Below are positions 18,058 through 27,673 of a DNA stretch of 54,913 nt, in pieces. The DNA is from a bacterium (GTDB taxonomy: Bacteria > Hinthialibacterota > Hinthialibacteria > Hinthialibacterales > Hinthialibacteraceae), in NCBI GenBank assembly GCA_041946805.1, contig JBHGBC010000017.1, positions 1 through 54,913 on the forward strand, given 5' to 3'. Each line of letters begins with the position of its first letter. The stretch's first letter is position 1. The translations under genes and the position numbers were made by a program. Below the pieces are notes generated by a model that was not told the DNA's origin, searched no databases, and was given only the letters and a program-made list of their open reading frames with translations.

Positions 18058-21000
18058 ATGAAGAGAAAACCAATGGTTACCTACCCCTCGAAACCGATGA
18101 ACCGGCCGGCCGAAGCGGGCGTCGCCCTCCTGACGGTCCTGGCTTTGCTTTCCATTTTTGCCGTCGTGCTGGTGGGATTCACCTACACCCTCCGCATGGA
18201 GGAAGAGACCATCCGCCAGTATTCGGACACGATCACCGCCGAGGAGGCGGCCGAGGCGGCCAACCAGGGCGTGATCGGGCAGCTGGCGCGGGATCTGGAT
18301 CCCACGAAACCCCATTTCGTGCTGGGGCGGGCCCAGCCCCGCTACATTTCCCTGCTCGACCCCTGGGCGCTGGGCTATTCGGGCTACGTGGGCACCCAGG
18401 TGAAATACGACGCGCGCAGCCGTCAAGAGGACACGCGTCCGGAGCGGGTGTTTCCGCGCGCCGGCTTGCGCATCCTCCCCACCCCCATTCCCCTGGGCGT
18501 GGATGAAGACCCCATCGGCGACGTCACCGGCCGCCGCTCCATCCTGGTGGAGACAGGCGGCGACAACGCGCCCGGCTTGAAGGGCATCGACGACAATCTG
18601 GACGGCGTGGTCGACAACAGCGATCCCCCGGACGACGACGAGGATTACCTGATTGACGAGGACGTGCTGGATCCCCGGCGGCCGGACGTGGACGGCGGGC
18701 GGCGCTTTTTCCCGGCGGGAACCGGGTATGACATCGACGGCGACCGGCTGGGGGTTTTCGACGAGAACGCCAAGATCAACATCAACGTGGCGGGGAACAA
18801 TTTCGCAGCCAACGGCACGCAACTCTACAACCTGGGGATCAGTCCCGCCGAGCTGGACCTGCCGGTGTTTCTCTTTGACCGCATCGTGCCCAACGGCCGG
18901 ACCTTGCGGGGCGCCTTCGTGGAACGGGACGCGGAACAACTGGCCCGCGCCCTCGTCAACTTCCGCTACGGCAGCGTGGCCGACGGCGGAGCCACCAAAC
19001 GCAATCCGGGCGTGGACGGCCGGGATGACAACAGCAACAACGATCCCCGCATCCTCGATGTCCAGCGCTATTCGGAGGCGAACAAGGACCTGTCCCGCTT
19101 CGCCGGCGAACCCTACAGCGTGGTGGGCAATCAACAGGATGATGACGGCGACGGCCTGCTGAACGAGGAAGACGAACGCTACATCGGCCCCACCACCAGC
19201 AACACCAGCGGAACGCCCCTTTCCGGACCGATCAACCAGGACCGGCCGGAACAGTACCGTCCGGGCGATAAAATCGACAACGACGGCGACGGGTATATCG
19301 ACGAATTGAACGAGGGCGTCGACGATCCCAGCGAATTCAGCGTCTTCAAGCCCAAGGGAGACGACCGGCCGTACGCCACGGTCGAAGACCTGAAGCTGGT
19401 GGAGCGGATGCGCACGCCCAAGTCGGCGCTGCAAGCGCGCCAGCAGCCGTTTCTCTCCGTTTTCGAAGTGTTGCGCGATTCCACCACCATCTACAGCCTC
19501 TCGGATGAAATATCCGGCCCCCTCTCCGGCGCGAACAATGAAGTGGCGAAAATCAATCCCAATCTCTCCACGAATTGGAACGCCACCGACGTGTGGAATT
19601 TCGGTACCCCGGTCGAAAACCGGGCGGACTTCCAATACAGCCCCCGCGTGCGCCTGGAAGACCTGCTCTCCCTGCAAGTGGACCTGGACGGCGATTGGCA
19701 ACTGACCGAGGAACCGAAAGGGACGAACGGCGAGCATGACGGCATCGACAACGATGGCGACGGCCTCATTGACGAACCCGCCGACGATTGGGACGGCAAC
19801 CTGTATCCCAGCGGCGATTTTGACGGATTCGGCGAAGCGGATTTGGGCGCCGAGGCGTATCAAACCGGCTCGGACATGGATAACGACGGCTCAACCCAGG
19901 ATAAAAACCAATCCGGCAACGACATCTCCGGCAACCTGCGGATCCTGGCCCGGGACGAAACCGCGAATGAAATCCGGCCGGGAGTGGTCGTGGAAGGCAA
20001 CGGGAGGGATGACGACGGCGACGGCCTCATCGACGACACCGGCGACTTCAACGGCGACAAGCTGCTCTCCTACGACCCCGAATGGCATGTCAGCGAGGAC
20101 GCCTGGGGCGACCTGAACGGCGACGGCTATCCGGGGCTGGGGGGCGATCCCACCGCCAAGGAAGACACCACCGAGGGCCAGATCACCCGGCGCCCCCGCG
20201 TCACCGACGACCGGCTGGTCACCAGTTTCGCGGATGACGACTTCGACGGCTTCGCCGATTTCCACGATCCCCAGGTCCTGGCCGCCATGTTCGCGCCGGA
20301 ATGGGACGGAGTGGACAACGATTCCGACGGCGAAGTGGACGAACCCGGCGAACGCTACATCGCCTGCTACGACGACGACGAGGACGGCCGGGTGGATGAA
20401 GATCCGCCGCAGTTCCAATTGGCTCTCAACCTGGTGGACTTCATCGACTCCTGGATGCCGTTCACGGTGGCCGACGATCCCGATGTCCGCACCGTGCTCA
20501 GCAAAAGTAATGACGACCCCGTCCTGGCCGATCCGGTGACCGTGCGTACCTTGAATCTTTATTCCACGCGTCAGCGGGCCTTCCGGATGCACGCCCGCAT
20601 GCTGGCCGGCATTGACAACCGGAGCAATGAGACCCAGGAATTCATCGAGCAGATGCGGATGCTGCTCCCCAACCCGCCGGAGACGGGCATGGATGTCCGA
20701 TTCGAGGGGATCGAGGCGGTCCGGATCAACGAGGTCATGGCCCAGCCCGTGATCCGTCTGGAAGCCGAAGAGGTCCTCAAGGCGGTCGAGTTGGATTCGC
20801 GGGATCCCAGCGGGATCGCCCAGATCGCGCCGGACACGCAGCGCTTCCGGATTCTCAGCGGCGCGAAGGACGATGGCATGATCCCCGGGCAGAACGCGCT
20901 GGATTCGAACTGGGGGCCGGTGGCGCCCGCCGCCAAGGGATCCGCCGCGCCGTCCCTCCCCAACTACACGTACTTGCCCGAGGGCTTCAAGAACACGTTC

Positions 21001-24000
21001 AATTTCTTCTTGCCCGTGGTCAACCTGGACGCCATGGCGCCGGCCTTCATTTTCGCGGTCACCAACGTCACGCCGCCGCCGTCCCAGCAGCAGGATATCG
21101 ATGTGGGGAAGGAACCCGAGGAAGCGGCGGAATGGGTGTTCCAGAATATCCCCCCGGGGCTGTACGATCCGGTGATTTATCTGCATCCCAACCACCGGTA
21201 CCGCCCCGAAGTGATCTATGAATTGAACGGCAAGGTCATCAGCTTCCGGTCGGACTACGCGTTCGGCGATCTCGTGGACAATACCGGCCCCTTCCAGGAT
21301 CCGTTGCTGCGCGAAACAATCGACCGCGACACCGCCCGGATGACCCTGTTCGGCGCCAACGTGCCGTTCCGGCTGCCCTACCGCCTCACGCCCTGGCCCG
21401 CCGCCGATACCTTCCGGCAAGGCGACACCACGCAGCGGGTGGTGGTCCGCAACGACGGCATCCTCCGGGTGCGGATCATCGCCGGCGCGCCTCAGGGAGG
21501 CCCCAACGCGTATTATGAGACCTCGTTCGACCGGATCGAGTTGATCAATCCGCGCGTGCAGTATGTGGAACTGGTCAACCTCTCCACGGAAGACATCGAT
21601 CTCTCCGGCTGGCAGGTCACCACGCCCTATGGGCATTACATTCTCCCCGAAAACACCATCATCGGCCGGATGAAACCCTCGTTCAAAACGGACGACGGCA
21701 AGGATTTGATCCTCAACCAGGGGATCCCGGGCACCGGCGTTCCCTTCGAACCGCTTTTGACGCAGAGCAAACTGCTGAACGCTGGCACGCCCCTCTCCAA
21801 CAAGGATTGGGATCTGGAGGACAACAAGCTGCTTCTGGCCTTTAACAAGGCGCAGCTGGCGCAATTCATCACCGACAATTATCCCGGCGTCTCGCGCCTC
21901 AACGAGCGGATCGTGGAACCGGTCCTCTCGGAGCGGGAAGCCGCCGCCGTCCGCCAGAGCGTCCCCACCCGCCGCGATCCGCAGGGCAAGGGCCCGTTGC
22001 GCCAGTCGCAGCCCGGCGACTTGTACTTCCGCCTGGTGGACGTGCAGGATGACATCCTCACCGACAATCCGCGGGATAAGTACGTGACCCTGTATGATCC
22101 CTCGGGTAACTACATGGACGCGTTCCAATACCGGACCGTGTTCAACAACGTGATCGTCGACCTGAAGGGCGTTTCCGATGCGCCGGGCGCGGCCCCGCTG
22201 CAACGGCTGGACCTGGTGGCGCTGCCCGGATACTACGGATTCGAGACCTTCGAACGCGCCGATCCCACCTGGTTCGAAACCGAATTGACGGTGGATCACA
22301 ACACGGGGAAGATCAGCGGAAAACGGTCGGTTCCCTCCTCGATTCCGTTGGACGTCAAAAACGCGATGGTGGTGGACCTCACCCCCGGCCGGGACGGCGC
22401 GTTCACCCGCGGCGGGATCGGGGGATACCTCTCCGCGGCGGGATCGGAAAACGACCTGAACAATACCGGCCTGACCCGGTTCTCCGATACCAGCACGTTC
22501 CCGCCGTATGACACCCATTGGAACGGATGGGACTTTATCGGCGACGTGTACGCCTATCCCAGCCAGTTGTCCGCCGAGATGGTGCAAAACCTCGCCGCCA
22601 TGGAGCGGACCAACTCGATCGCCCGGGAGGCGGTGGCGCCCAAGGGCGAAAAGAACGTGCGCTTCTATGAGCTGCTGGGCGGATTCGAAAACGCGCTGGA
22701 CGTGGACGCGGTCCTGCGGCCGCAGGATGTGCGCTACACGGCCTTCGTGTGGCGGATGGGCGTCCGCGAGTTGATCCGCGCCGGCTACGATCCCGAAGTG
22801 GACGACCAGCTCACGGTGCGCGTGCTGGGCCGGAAACTGGTGGACGTCAACGGCAACATCCTGGATTACAACATGCCGGTGGGCGAAGTGCTGGTGATTC
22901 CCACGGTCCGGGTGGTCGACCCCGGCAAGGAGGATTTGAAGACGAATCCCACCACCGAGGACAATCCGTGGAACATTTATTTCCGCAACGGCGTCCGGCA
23001 GCCGGTGTTCGCCAAACTGCGCCACGGCGACACGGCGTTCACGGTGGATTTGCGGAAGAACTTCAGCGACCTGGTGAATGATCTCAAGAACAACACCCAG
23101 GCGGAGCCGGTGATCGAAATCGCCGTCATTCTGCGCAAAAGCACGAGGGACTTGTCGTTCTTTCAGCCCCTGATCACCAAGGAACTGCGGCCGGATTTGG
23201 ACCGCGCGGATTGGGGGATCAACCTCAACGCGGGCTCCTGGGCGCCCAACGCGCTGGGGGATTACGTGACCGCGGGCGGCGGCTTCGCGGGCGGCCTCGG
23301 CGATGACAATTACTTCTTCAAGGGAATCGAAATCTTCGGGCGGGGCCGGAAAGGGGCCGACAGCGACACCGAACTGGCCAAACGCACCTTGCTGGCCGGG
23401 ACGCCGGGCCGGGACAACACCGGCTACACACCCGCCTATCCCCGCCGCCGGTTGGATCTCACCGGCGCGCAGCGGGATCCCGATGACGTGCTCGACAATA
23501 CCGCCTACGTGAAGAACGGCCCCCTGGCGACGCTCGGCGAGATTTCCCGCCTGTACACCGGGGAACGCTTCGAGACCGTCAACACCCCCTTGATTCCCCA
23601 GCGGGTGGAAGACAAGGCGGTGATGACCGGCCAGGTTCTCTCCAATCCCCGGCTGGCCCAGCGCGCGGTGGGCAACACTCCCCAGTACCGCATCCAGTTG
23701 GCGCAGCGGGAACGGCTGGACCAATGGGAAAACCAGTACACCCAGATTTACAACATGATCACCACCGCCGATTTCGGCCTGCGCACTGGATTGATCAACA
23801 TCAACACCGCCCCGCGGGAGGTGCTGGCGGCCTTGCCCTTCTGCCCGCTCCTGCGGCCCGGCGAACTCGACACGCTCCAGAACCGGCATGATTTCAACAC
23901 CCTCTGCGCCGATTTCATCCTCGAAGGCCGGCAAGCGGGCGGCCACGACATGCACTTCGGGATCCACGATCTCGACGACGACGATTTCCTGACCCGCCTG

Positions 24001-24531
24001 GGCGGCCGGACCCGGACCTTGGCGGATACCATGCCCGAGTTCAAATTGCCCAGCGTCGGACGTCTGTTCCAATCGTTCAAGAATTTCGACCAGATCGCCA
24101 ACCAGCGTTTGAACCGCCTGGCCCTCAATCCCCAGGATGTGCTCGAAAAGCCGGTCAATTACAACAACGTCTATCTCAGCACGGAAGTCTCCGAACCGGA
24201 CGACGGGCCCTACGCGGACATCGGAACCTTGCTGGCGCAGATGACTCATCTCAAGCGGCGCGAACGCTTCTCCGAACCCTTGATGCGGCCCATGGACCGC
24301 ACCTTCGATCAAAAACCGGAAGCGCCGGGCGATCTGCGTGAACGGCTGAACACGGAACTGCGGCGCACTCAGCTGCTGACCCCGGAAGACATGGAAGAGA
24401 TGATGAACCGCATTTCGAATCTGATCACGGTCCGCTCCCGGACGTTCTCGGTGCTGGCGCGCGGCCGGATCTTCGACAACGAGGGGCTCATGCGCGCCCA
24501 ACGGACGCTGGAAACCGTCTATGAACGATGA
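18058..24531 (+). CDS. Giant (2157 aa) GspK/PilX-like pseudopilin with Asp-rich repeats and lamin-tail-like motifs
   Basis: EAG|VALLTVLALLSIF lacking Glu+5 (K/PilX hallmark); ENAKININVA, RPYATVEDL, GLININTAPREVLAAL, ITVRSRTFSVLARGR; many DNDGDG loops in the first ~780 aa; VRINEVMAQP and YVELVNLSTEDIDLSGWQV. Confidence 0.8.
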   Translation: MKRKPMVTYPSKPMNRPAEAGVALLTVLALLSIFAVVLVGFTYTLRMEEETIRQYSDTITAEEAAEAANQGVIGQLARDLDPTKPHFVLGRAQPRYISLLDPWALGYSGYVGTQVKYDARSRQEDTRPERVFPRAGLRILPTPIPLGVDEDPIGDVTGRRSILVETGGDNAPGLKGIDDNLDGVVDNSDPPDDDEDYLIDEDVLDPRRPDVDGGRRFFPAGTGYDIDGDRLGVFDENAKININVAGNNFAANGTQLYNLGISPAELDLPVFLFDRIVPNGRTLRGAFVERDAEQLARALVNFRYGSVADGGATKRNPGVDGRDDNSNNDPRILDVQRYSEANKDLSRFAGEPYSVVGNQQDDDGDGLLNEEDERYIGPTTSNTSGTPLSGPINQDRPEQYRPGDKIDNDGDGYIDELNEGVDDPSEFSVFKPKGDDRPYATVEDLKLVERMRTPKSALQARQQPFLSVFEVLRDSTTIYSLSDEISGPLSGANNEVAKINPNLSTNWNATDVWNFGTPVENRADFQYSPRVRLEDLLSLQVDLDGDWQLTEEPKGTNGEHDGIDNDGDGLIDEPADDWDGNLYPSGDFDGFGEADLGAEAYQTGSDMDNDGSTQDKNQSGNDISGNLRILARDETANEIRPGVVVEGNGRDDDGDGLIDDTGDFNGDKLLSYDPEWHVSEDAWGDLNGDGYPGLGGDPTAKEDTTEGQITRRPRVTDDRLVTSFADDDFDGFADFHDPQVLAAMFAPEWDGVDNDSDGEVDEPGERYIACYDDDEDGRVDEDPPQFQLALNLVDFIDSWMPFTVADDPDVRTVLSKSNDDPVLADPVTVRTLNLYSTRQRAFRMHARMLAGIDNRSNETQEFIEQMRMLLPNPPETGMDVRFEGIEAVRINEVMAQPVIRLEAEEVLKAVELDSRDPSGIAQIAPDTQRFRILSGAKDDGMIPGQNALDSNWGPVAPAAKGSAAPSLPNYTYLPEGFKNTFNFFLPVVNLDAMAPAFIFAVTNVTPPPSQQQDIDVGKEPEEAAEWVFQNIPPGLYDPVIYLHPNHRYRPEVIYELNGKVISFRSDYAFGDLVDNTGPFQDPLLRETIDRDTARMTLFGANVPFRLPYRLTPWPAADTFRQGDTTQRVVVRNDGILRVRIIAGAPQGGPNAYYETSFDRIELINPRVQYVELVNLSTEDIDLSGWQVTTPYGHYILPENTIIGRMKPSFKTDDGKDLILNQGIPGTGVPFEPLLTQSKLLNAGTPLSNKDWDLEDNKLLLAFNKAQLAQFITDNYPGVSRLNERIVEPVLSEREAAAVRQSVPTRRDPQGKGPLRQSQPGDLYFRLVDVQDDILTDNPRDKYVTLYDPSGNYMDAFQYRTVFNNVIVDLKGVSDAPGAAPLQRLDLVALPGYYGFETFERADPTWFETELTVDHNTGKISGKRSVPSSIPLDVKNAMVVDLTPGRDGAFTRGGIGGYLSAAGSENDLNNTGLTRFSDTSTFPPYDTHWNGWDFIGDVYAYPSQLSAEMVQNLAAMERTNSIAREAVAPKGEKNVRFYELLGGFENALDVDAVLRPQDVRYTAFVWRMGVRELIRAGYDPEVDDQLTVRVLGRKLVDVNGNILDYNMPVGEVLVIPTVRVVDPGKEDLKTNPTTEDNPWNIYFRNGVRQPVFAKLRHGDTAFTVDLRKNFSDLVNDLKNNTQAEPVIEIAVILRKSTRDLSFFQPLITKELRPDLDRADWGINLNAGSWAPNALGDYVTAGGGFAGGLGDDNYFFKGIEIFGRGRKGADSDTELAKRTLLAGTPGRDNTGYTPAYPRRRLDLTGAQRDPDDVLDNTAYVKNGPLATLGEISRLYTGERFETVNTPLIPQRVEDKAVMTGQVLSNPRLAQRAVGNTPQYRIQLAQRERLDQWENQYTQIYNMITTADFGLRTGLININTAPREVLAALPFCPLLRPGELDTLQNRHDFNTLCADFILEGRQAGGHDMHFGIHDLDDDDFLTRLGGRTRTLADTMPEFKLPSVGRLFQSFKNFDQIANQRLNRLALNPQDVLEKPVNYNNVYLSTEVSEPDDGPYADIGTLLAQMTHLKRRERFSEPLMRPMDRTFDQKPEAPGDLRERLNTELRRTQLLTPEDMEEMMNRISNLITVRSRTFSVLARGRIFDNEGLMRAQRTLETVYER

Positions 24532-24643
24532 TTCCGGATGACGAACCGCCGGGGCGCGAGCTATACTGACTTGGCGGGACCGGTTCTGGCGCCGGGCCTT
24601 CTCCGAATCCGGGAAGGGCGAAAATACCAGAGAGGCAGATAAC

Positions 24644-25933
24644 ATGAAACGAACGCTGCAATCATTATGGATCGTCTGGATCGGCTTGGCCTGGCTGGCC
24701 GGCGGCGGGATGCCCGCCCTGGCGCAATCCCAGCCCGAACCGACTCCCACGCCCACCGTGGTGCCCCTCTCGTCGGCGTGCATCGACGCGGGCGTGGATG
24801 AAGAGAACTCGCTGATCCGCAACGGGGATTTCGAGACAGGATATTTGGATTCCGGCCTGCCCCCGGGCGGCGGATGGGAACCGGGGGATGTGCCCGGAGT
24901 CATCCAGGTCGTGTTTCTCAGCAATGAAAAAGCGAATCATTACCTGGAATTGCCCTCGGGCGGATCAATCAGCCAGGTGCCTCAATCCAGCAGTTTTCTG
25001 CGGTTTGAGCTGTCGTTCTGCGTGGTGGTGCCGGAGGATGGGATTCTCCAGATCACCGTGGGCGGCCAGCCCTGGTTGTTCGTTCCCGCGGCGCGCGGGG
25101 CCGCGTATAACGGGACCTATACGGGAGTCATCCGGGCGAACATGTCCAATTCCACGCCCGCGTCGGAACGGAAGATTGAATTCCTGTACGATGGGCCCGG
25201 CTCGGCCCTGATCGACAATGTGCAGTTGGTGTACCGGCCGTCCGGCGGGGAGGATGAAGCCACCCCCACTCCCACGGTGGCGGTTCCCACGCCCACACCG
25301 TCGCCGCAAAGCACCCCGGCTTCTCCCACACCGACCGTCCCCCTGGGCACGCCGACCCCCACGCCCACGCCGGGCCTGACCGAGGATTCCGTGCAGGTGA
25401 TCGCCAATCCCCCCATGATGCTGCTTAGTCCCGATGACTTCACCGGCGCCAACCTCGGCCAGAAGAAGCAGATCACCCTGGACTTGCAGGTGGTGGGCTC
25501 CAACGGGGAAAAATTGGACATTCTGAAGATCGATCCCGACGCCAACGTGACCTTTACCGTGGAAAGCCGCGGGGACGCCGCCGGCGTGGGCGTCATTCAG
25601 GAATTCGAGAATAACAACTACCAGGACCTCAACTCGCGGAAGAAGCTCAAGGACGTGGGCCAGTTGCATTTCGTGCCCCTGCGGCCTTACAACGGCACCG
25701 TGCGGGTGATCATCGAAATCGAGTACAAGAGCTACGCGTCCGGAAAAGAGGAAATCCGCAAGATCCGCGGCGTGGTTCCCATCTTCCTGCGCACGGATGA
25801 CCGGGCATCCCTGATTTACCCGACGGGTACTTTCGATCCGAAGCAAAACTTCAACCTGGGCCGCAAGGCGGGCGACCGCGGCTACCGGCCGGACATGCGC
25901 ACCAACCTCTATTTCCGCGAGCGGCTGCAGTAA
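24644..25933 (+). CDS. Secreted two-domain protein with Pro/Thr linkers
   Basis: Sec-type leader ending PALA|Q; PEPTPTPT and a long PTPTPT...PTPTPTPG linker; NSLIRNGDFE...LIDNVQL suggests a CBM-like jelly roll; GAGG RBS. Confidence 0.75.
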   Translation: MKRTLQSLWIVWIGLAWLAGGGMPALAQSQPEPTPTPTVVPLSSACIDAGVDEENSLIRNGDFETGYLDSGLPPGGGWEPGDVPGVIQVVFLSNEKANHYLELPSGGSISQVPQSSSFLRFELSFCVVVPEDGILQITVGGQPWLFVPAARGAAYNGTYTGVIRANMSNSTPASERKIEFLYDGPGSALIDNVQLVYRPSGGEDEATPTPTVAVPTPTPSPQSTPASPTPTVPLGTPTPTPTPGLTEDSVQVIANPPMMLLSPDDFTGANLGQKKQITLDLQVVGSNGEKLDILKIDPDANVTFTVESRGDAAGVGVIQEFENNNYQDLNSRKKLKDVGQLHFVPLRPYNGTVRVIIEIEYKSYASGKEEIRKIRGVVPIFLRTDDRASLIYPTGTFDPKQNFNLGRKAGDRGYRPDMRTNLYFRERLQ

Positions 25934-25985
25934 GGTTTTATTCCCGGGGATGGGATAATCCGGGATGGAAGAACGGATCAACAAG

Positions 25986-26020
25986 AAGACGGGGCGCGGG
26001 ATAGCGGCGCCCCGTCTTTT
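25986..26020 (+). terminator. Intrinsic terminator closing the pilin-like operon (possibly bidirectional)
   Basis: Perfect 12-bp stem AAGACGGGGCGC / GCGCCCCGTCTT with a 9-nt loop, ending in TTTT, between convergent genes. Confidence 0.8.
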
Positions 26021-26140
26021 ATGCTGTTTGCCTCACTTCTAGACTCCATGGCTGGGATGCCGTCCGGAGTCTAGGGAAATGCGTTCTTGAATCCCTCAAC
26101 CACCGGGTGGAGATCAGCTTGCGGGAAACCGTCACCCCTT

Positions 26141-27409
26141 TCACAGCGGCAGCAAGAAGATCTTCCGGATGTGGATGGCCATGTTCTTGAACTCGCCGCC
26201 GGGGTGGACTTGGAAGCCGATTTTCCCCCGGCCGCTGGTGGTGTCGCGCACGTCCGCGGTCCGCACGCCGTTCAGGCCGATGGTCAGATGGTCCCCCTGG
26301 CAGCGGATGACGAAGGTGTTCCAATCATCCCGCTTCACTAGTTTTTCGTTTTCGTTCATGGCCAGGAACATCTTGCCGGTGCAATAGAGGGATCCCGACC
26401 AGCACACCGGATTCTTCCACTCCAAAATGTCGGCCTGGTAAGCCTGCTCGGCGCTCTGATAGCGGAACCAGACGCCGCTGTTGCACGGCCACTCCGCCTT
26501 GAACTCGACGGTCAATTCGAAATCAGTATAGCTCTGCTCGGTCAACAGATCGCCGGGCTCCATCTTTTCGTTCTGGGCGCCGGTGAGGATGCCGTCCTTG
26601 ACCTTCCACACCGCGTTGCCCTCGGCCTTCCAGCCGGTCAGGTCCTTGCCATTGAAGAGCGGCACGGCGGTGGGGCGATGGGCGGTCCAGCGGATGGCCT
26701 GGGCGACCAAGTGGCGGAAGTCCGGGGTGGCGTAAGCTTCCTTGCCGTGGCCCAGCTGGATATACACGACGCGGCCGGGTTCTTCCTGGCCGATCCAGGC
26801 GAGGGTGTTTTCCTGGTCCGGATTCTCGCACGTCAGCAACACGTGGGCGTTGGACGCGTGGAAGTAGCCCTTGTAGGCTTCGTCATAGATCTTGAAGCCG
26901 GTCATGCCCCGGGTGATGGGATGATCCGGATCGGCGATCTGGACGTTCATCCACACATCGTGCTTGTACGTGGATTGGGGGTAGTGGCGGCCTTCGATGT
27001 CCCGCCCCTTGGCGTCCAGGATGTAACTGGCCTTGATCAGGTTGCGGTAGAAATCCCAATCCTGGTAATTGGCGATGCTGTGGTGCAATGACACCAGGCC
27101 CTTTCCGGCTTCCAGGTATTTCTGGAGTCCCGCTTTTTCGGCCTCCGAGACCGCTTGCCACATGTCATAGAGGACTACCACGTCGTATTTCATGGCCGAG
27201 CCGTCGGCGAACATCGCGTTGGCCTTGGGCTGTTCCGCCTTGGCGTAGGCGATGTCCGGATGGCCTTCGAACACGGTGAAGAACGGAGGATCGAAATCAT
27301 GCCCGCCGGTAATGACCAGCACCTGGAGGGGATTGGTGGCCGCGCGCAGCGGCCCGGCGCCGAACAGCGCCAGGACACCCGCGAGGATGAACGGGAAGTA
27401 GCGTTTCAT
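26141..27409 (-). CDS. Exported ThuA-like + DUF1080 (3-keto-disaccharide hydrolase-like) fusion
   Basis: Signal peptide; VLVITGGHDF, YDVVVLYD, DHPITRGM, DEAY, GRVVYIQLGH (ThuA-like); PLFNGKDLTGW, NSGVWFR, YQADIL, WNTFVI, GKIGFQVH (DUF1080). Confidence 0.88.
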   Translation of the reverse strand: MKRYFPFILAGVLALFGAGPLRAATNPLQVLVITGGHDFDPPFFTVFEGHPDIAYAKAEQPKANAMFADGSAMKYDVVVLYDMWQAVSEAEKAGLQKYLEAGKGLVSLHHSIANYQDWDFYRNLIKASYILDAKGRDIEGRHYPQSTYKHDVWMNVQIADPDHPITRGMTGFKIYDEAYKGYFHASNAHVLLTCENPDQENTLAWIGQEEPGRVVYIQLGHGKEAYATPDFRHLVAQAIRWTAHRPTAVPLFNGKDLTGWKAEGNAVWKVKDGILTGAQNEKMEPGDLLTEQSYTDFELTVEFKAEWPCNSGVWFRYQSAEQAYQADILEWKNPVCWSGSLYCTGKMFLAMNENEKLVKRDDWNTFVIRCQGDHLTIGLNGVRTADVRDTTSGRGKIGFQVHPGGEFKNMAIHIRKIFLLPL

Positions 27410-27673
27410 CAGTACTTGCCTCCTTCGTGAATTGGGGGAATCCGCGATTGTATTTCAACATCGCAGGGGGTATTAAAACATGGTTTCCAAAGCGAAAGTA
27501 AGGGTGAGGGGAATCCTTAGGAGTGTGGATGTCCCGCCGGCGCGGTTCCTTGTCCCTTACGTCCTTTGGGTTCTTAACTTCCTCTCCCTGCCCCCTTACG
27601 GTGATTGGATTATGGTGAAAATGGAATATGATTCATAAGGAGAGAACCTGTTTGGATTTATGGAGAATCCGAC

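Noticed and set aside
15390..20403. Asp repeats as RTX nonapeptides or the Cys-containing CDGxDNDCDG motif
   Set aside because: No GGxGxDxLx pattern, and the flanking cysteines are absent; treated as a related Cys-free DxDxDG variant with unproven ligand.
19891..24924. 1677-aa minus-strand ORF (also 15143-17938, 17998-19863, 13791-15095)
   Set aside because: Antisense shadows of GC3-rich pilin genes; no recognisable motifs, while the + strand has leaders, RBSs and family motifs.
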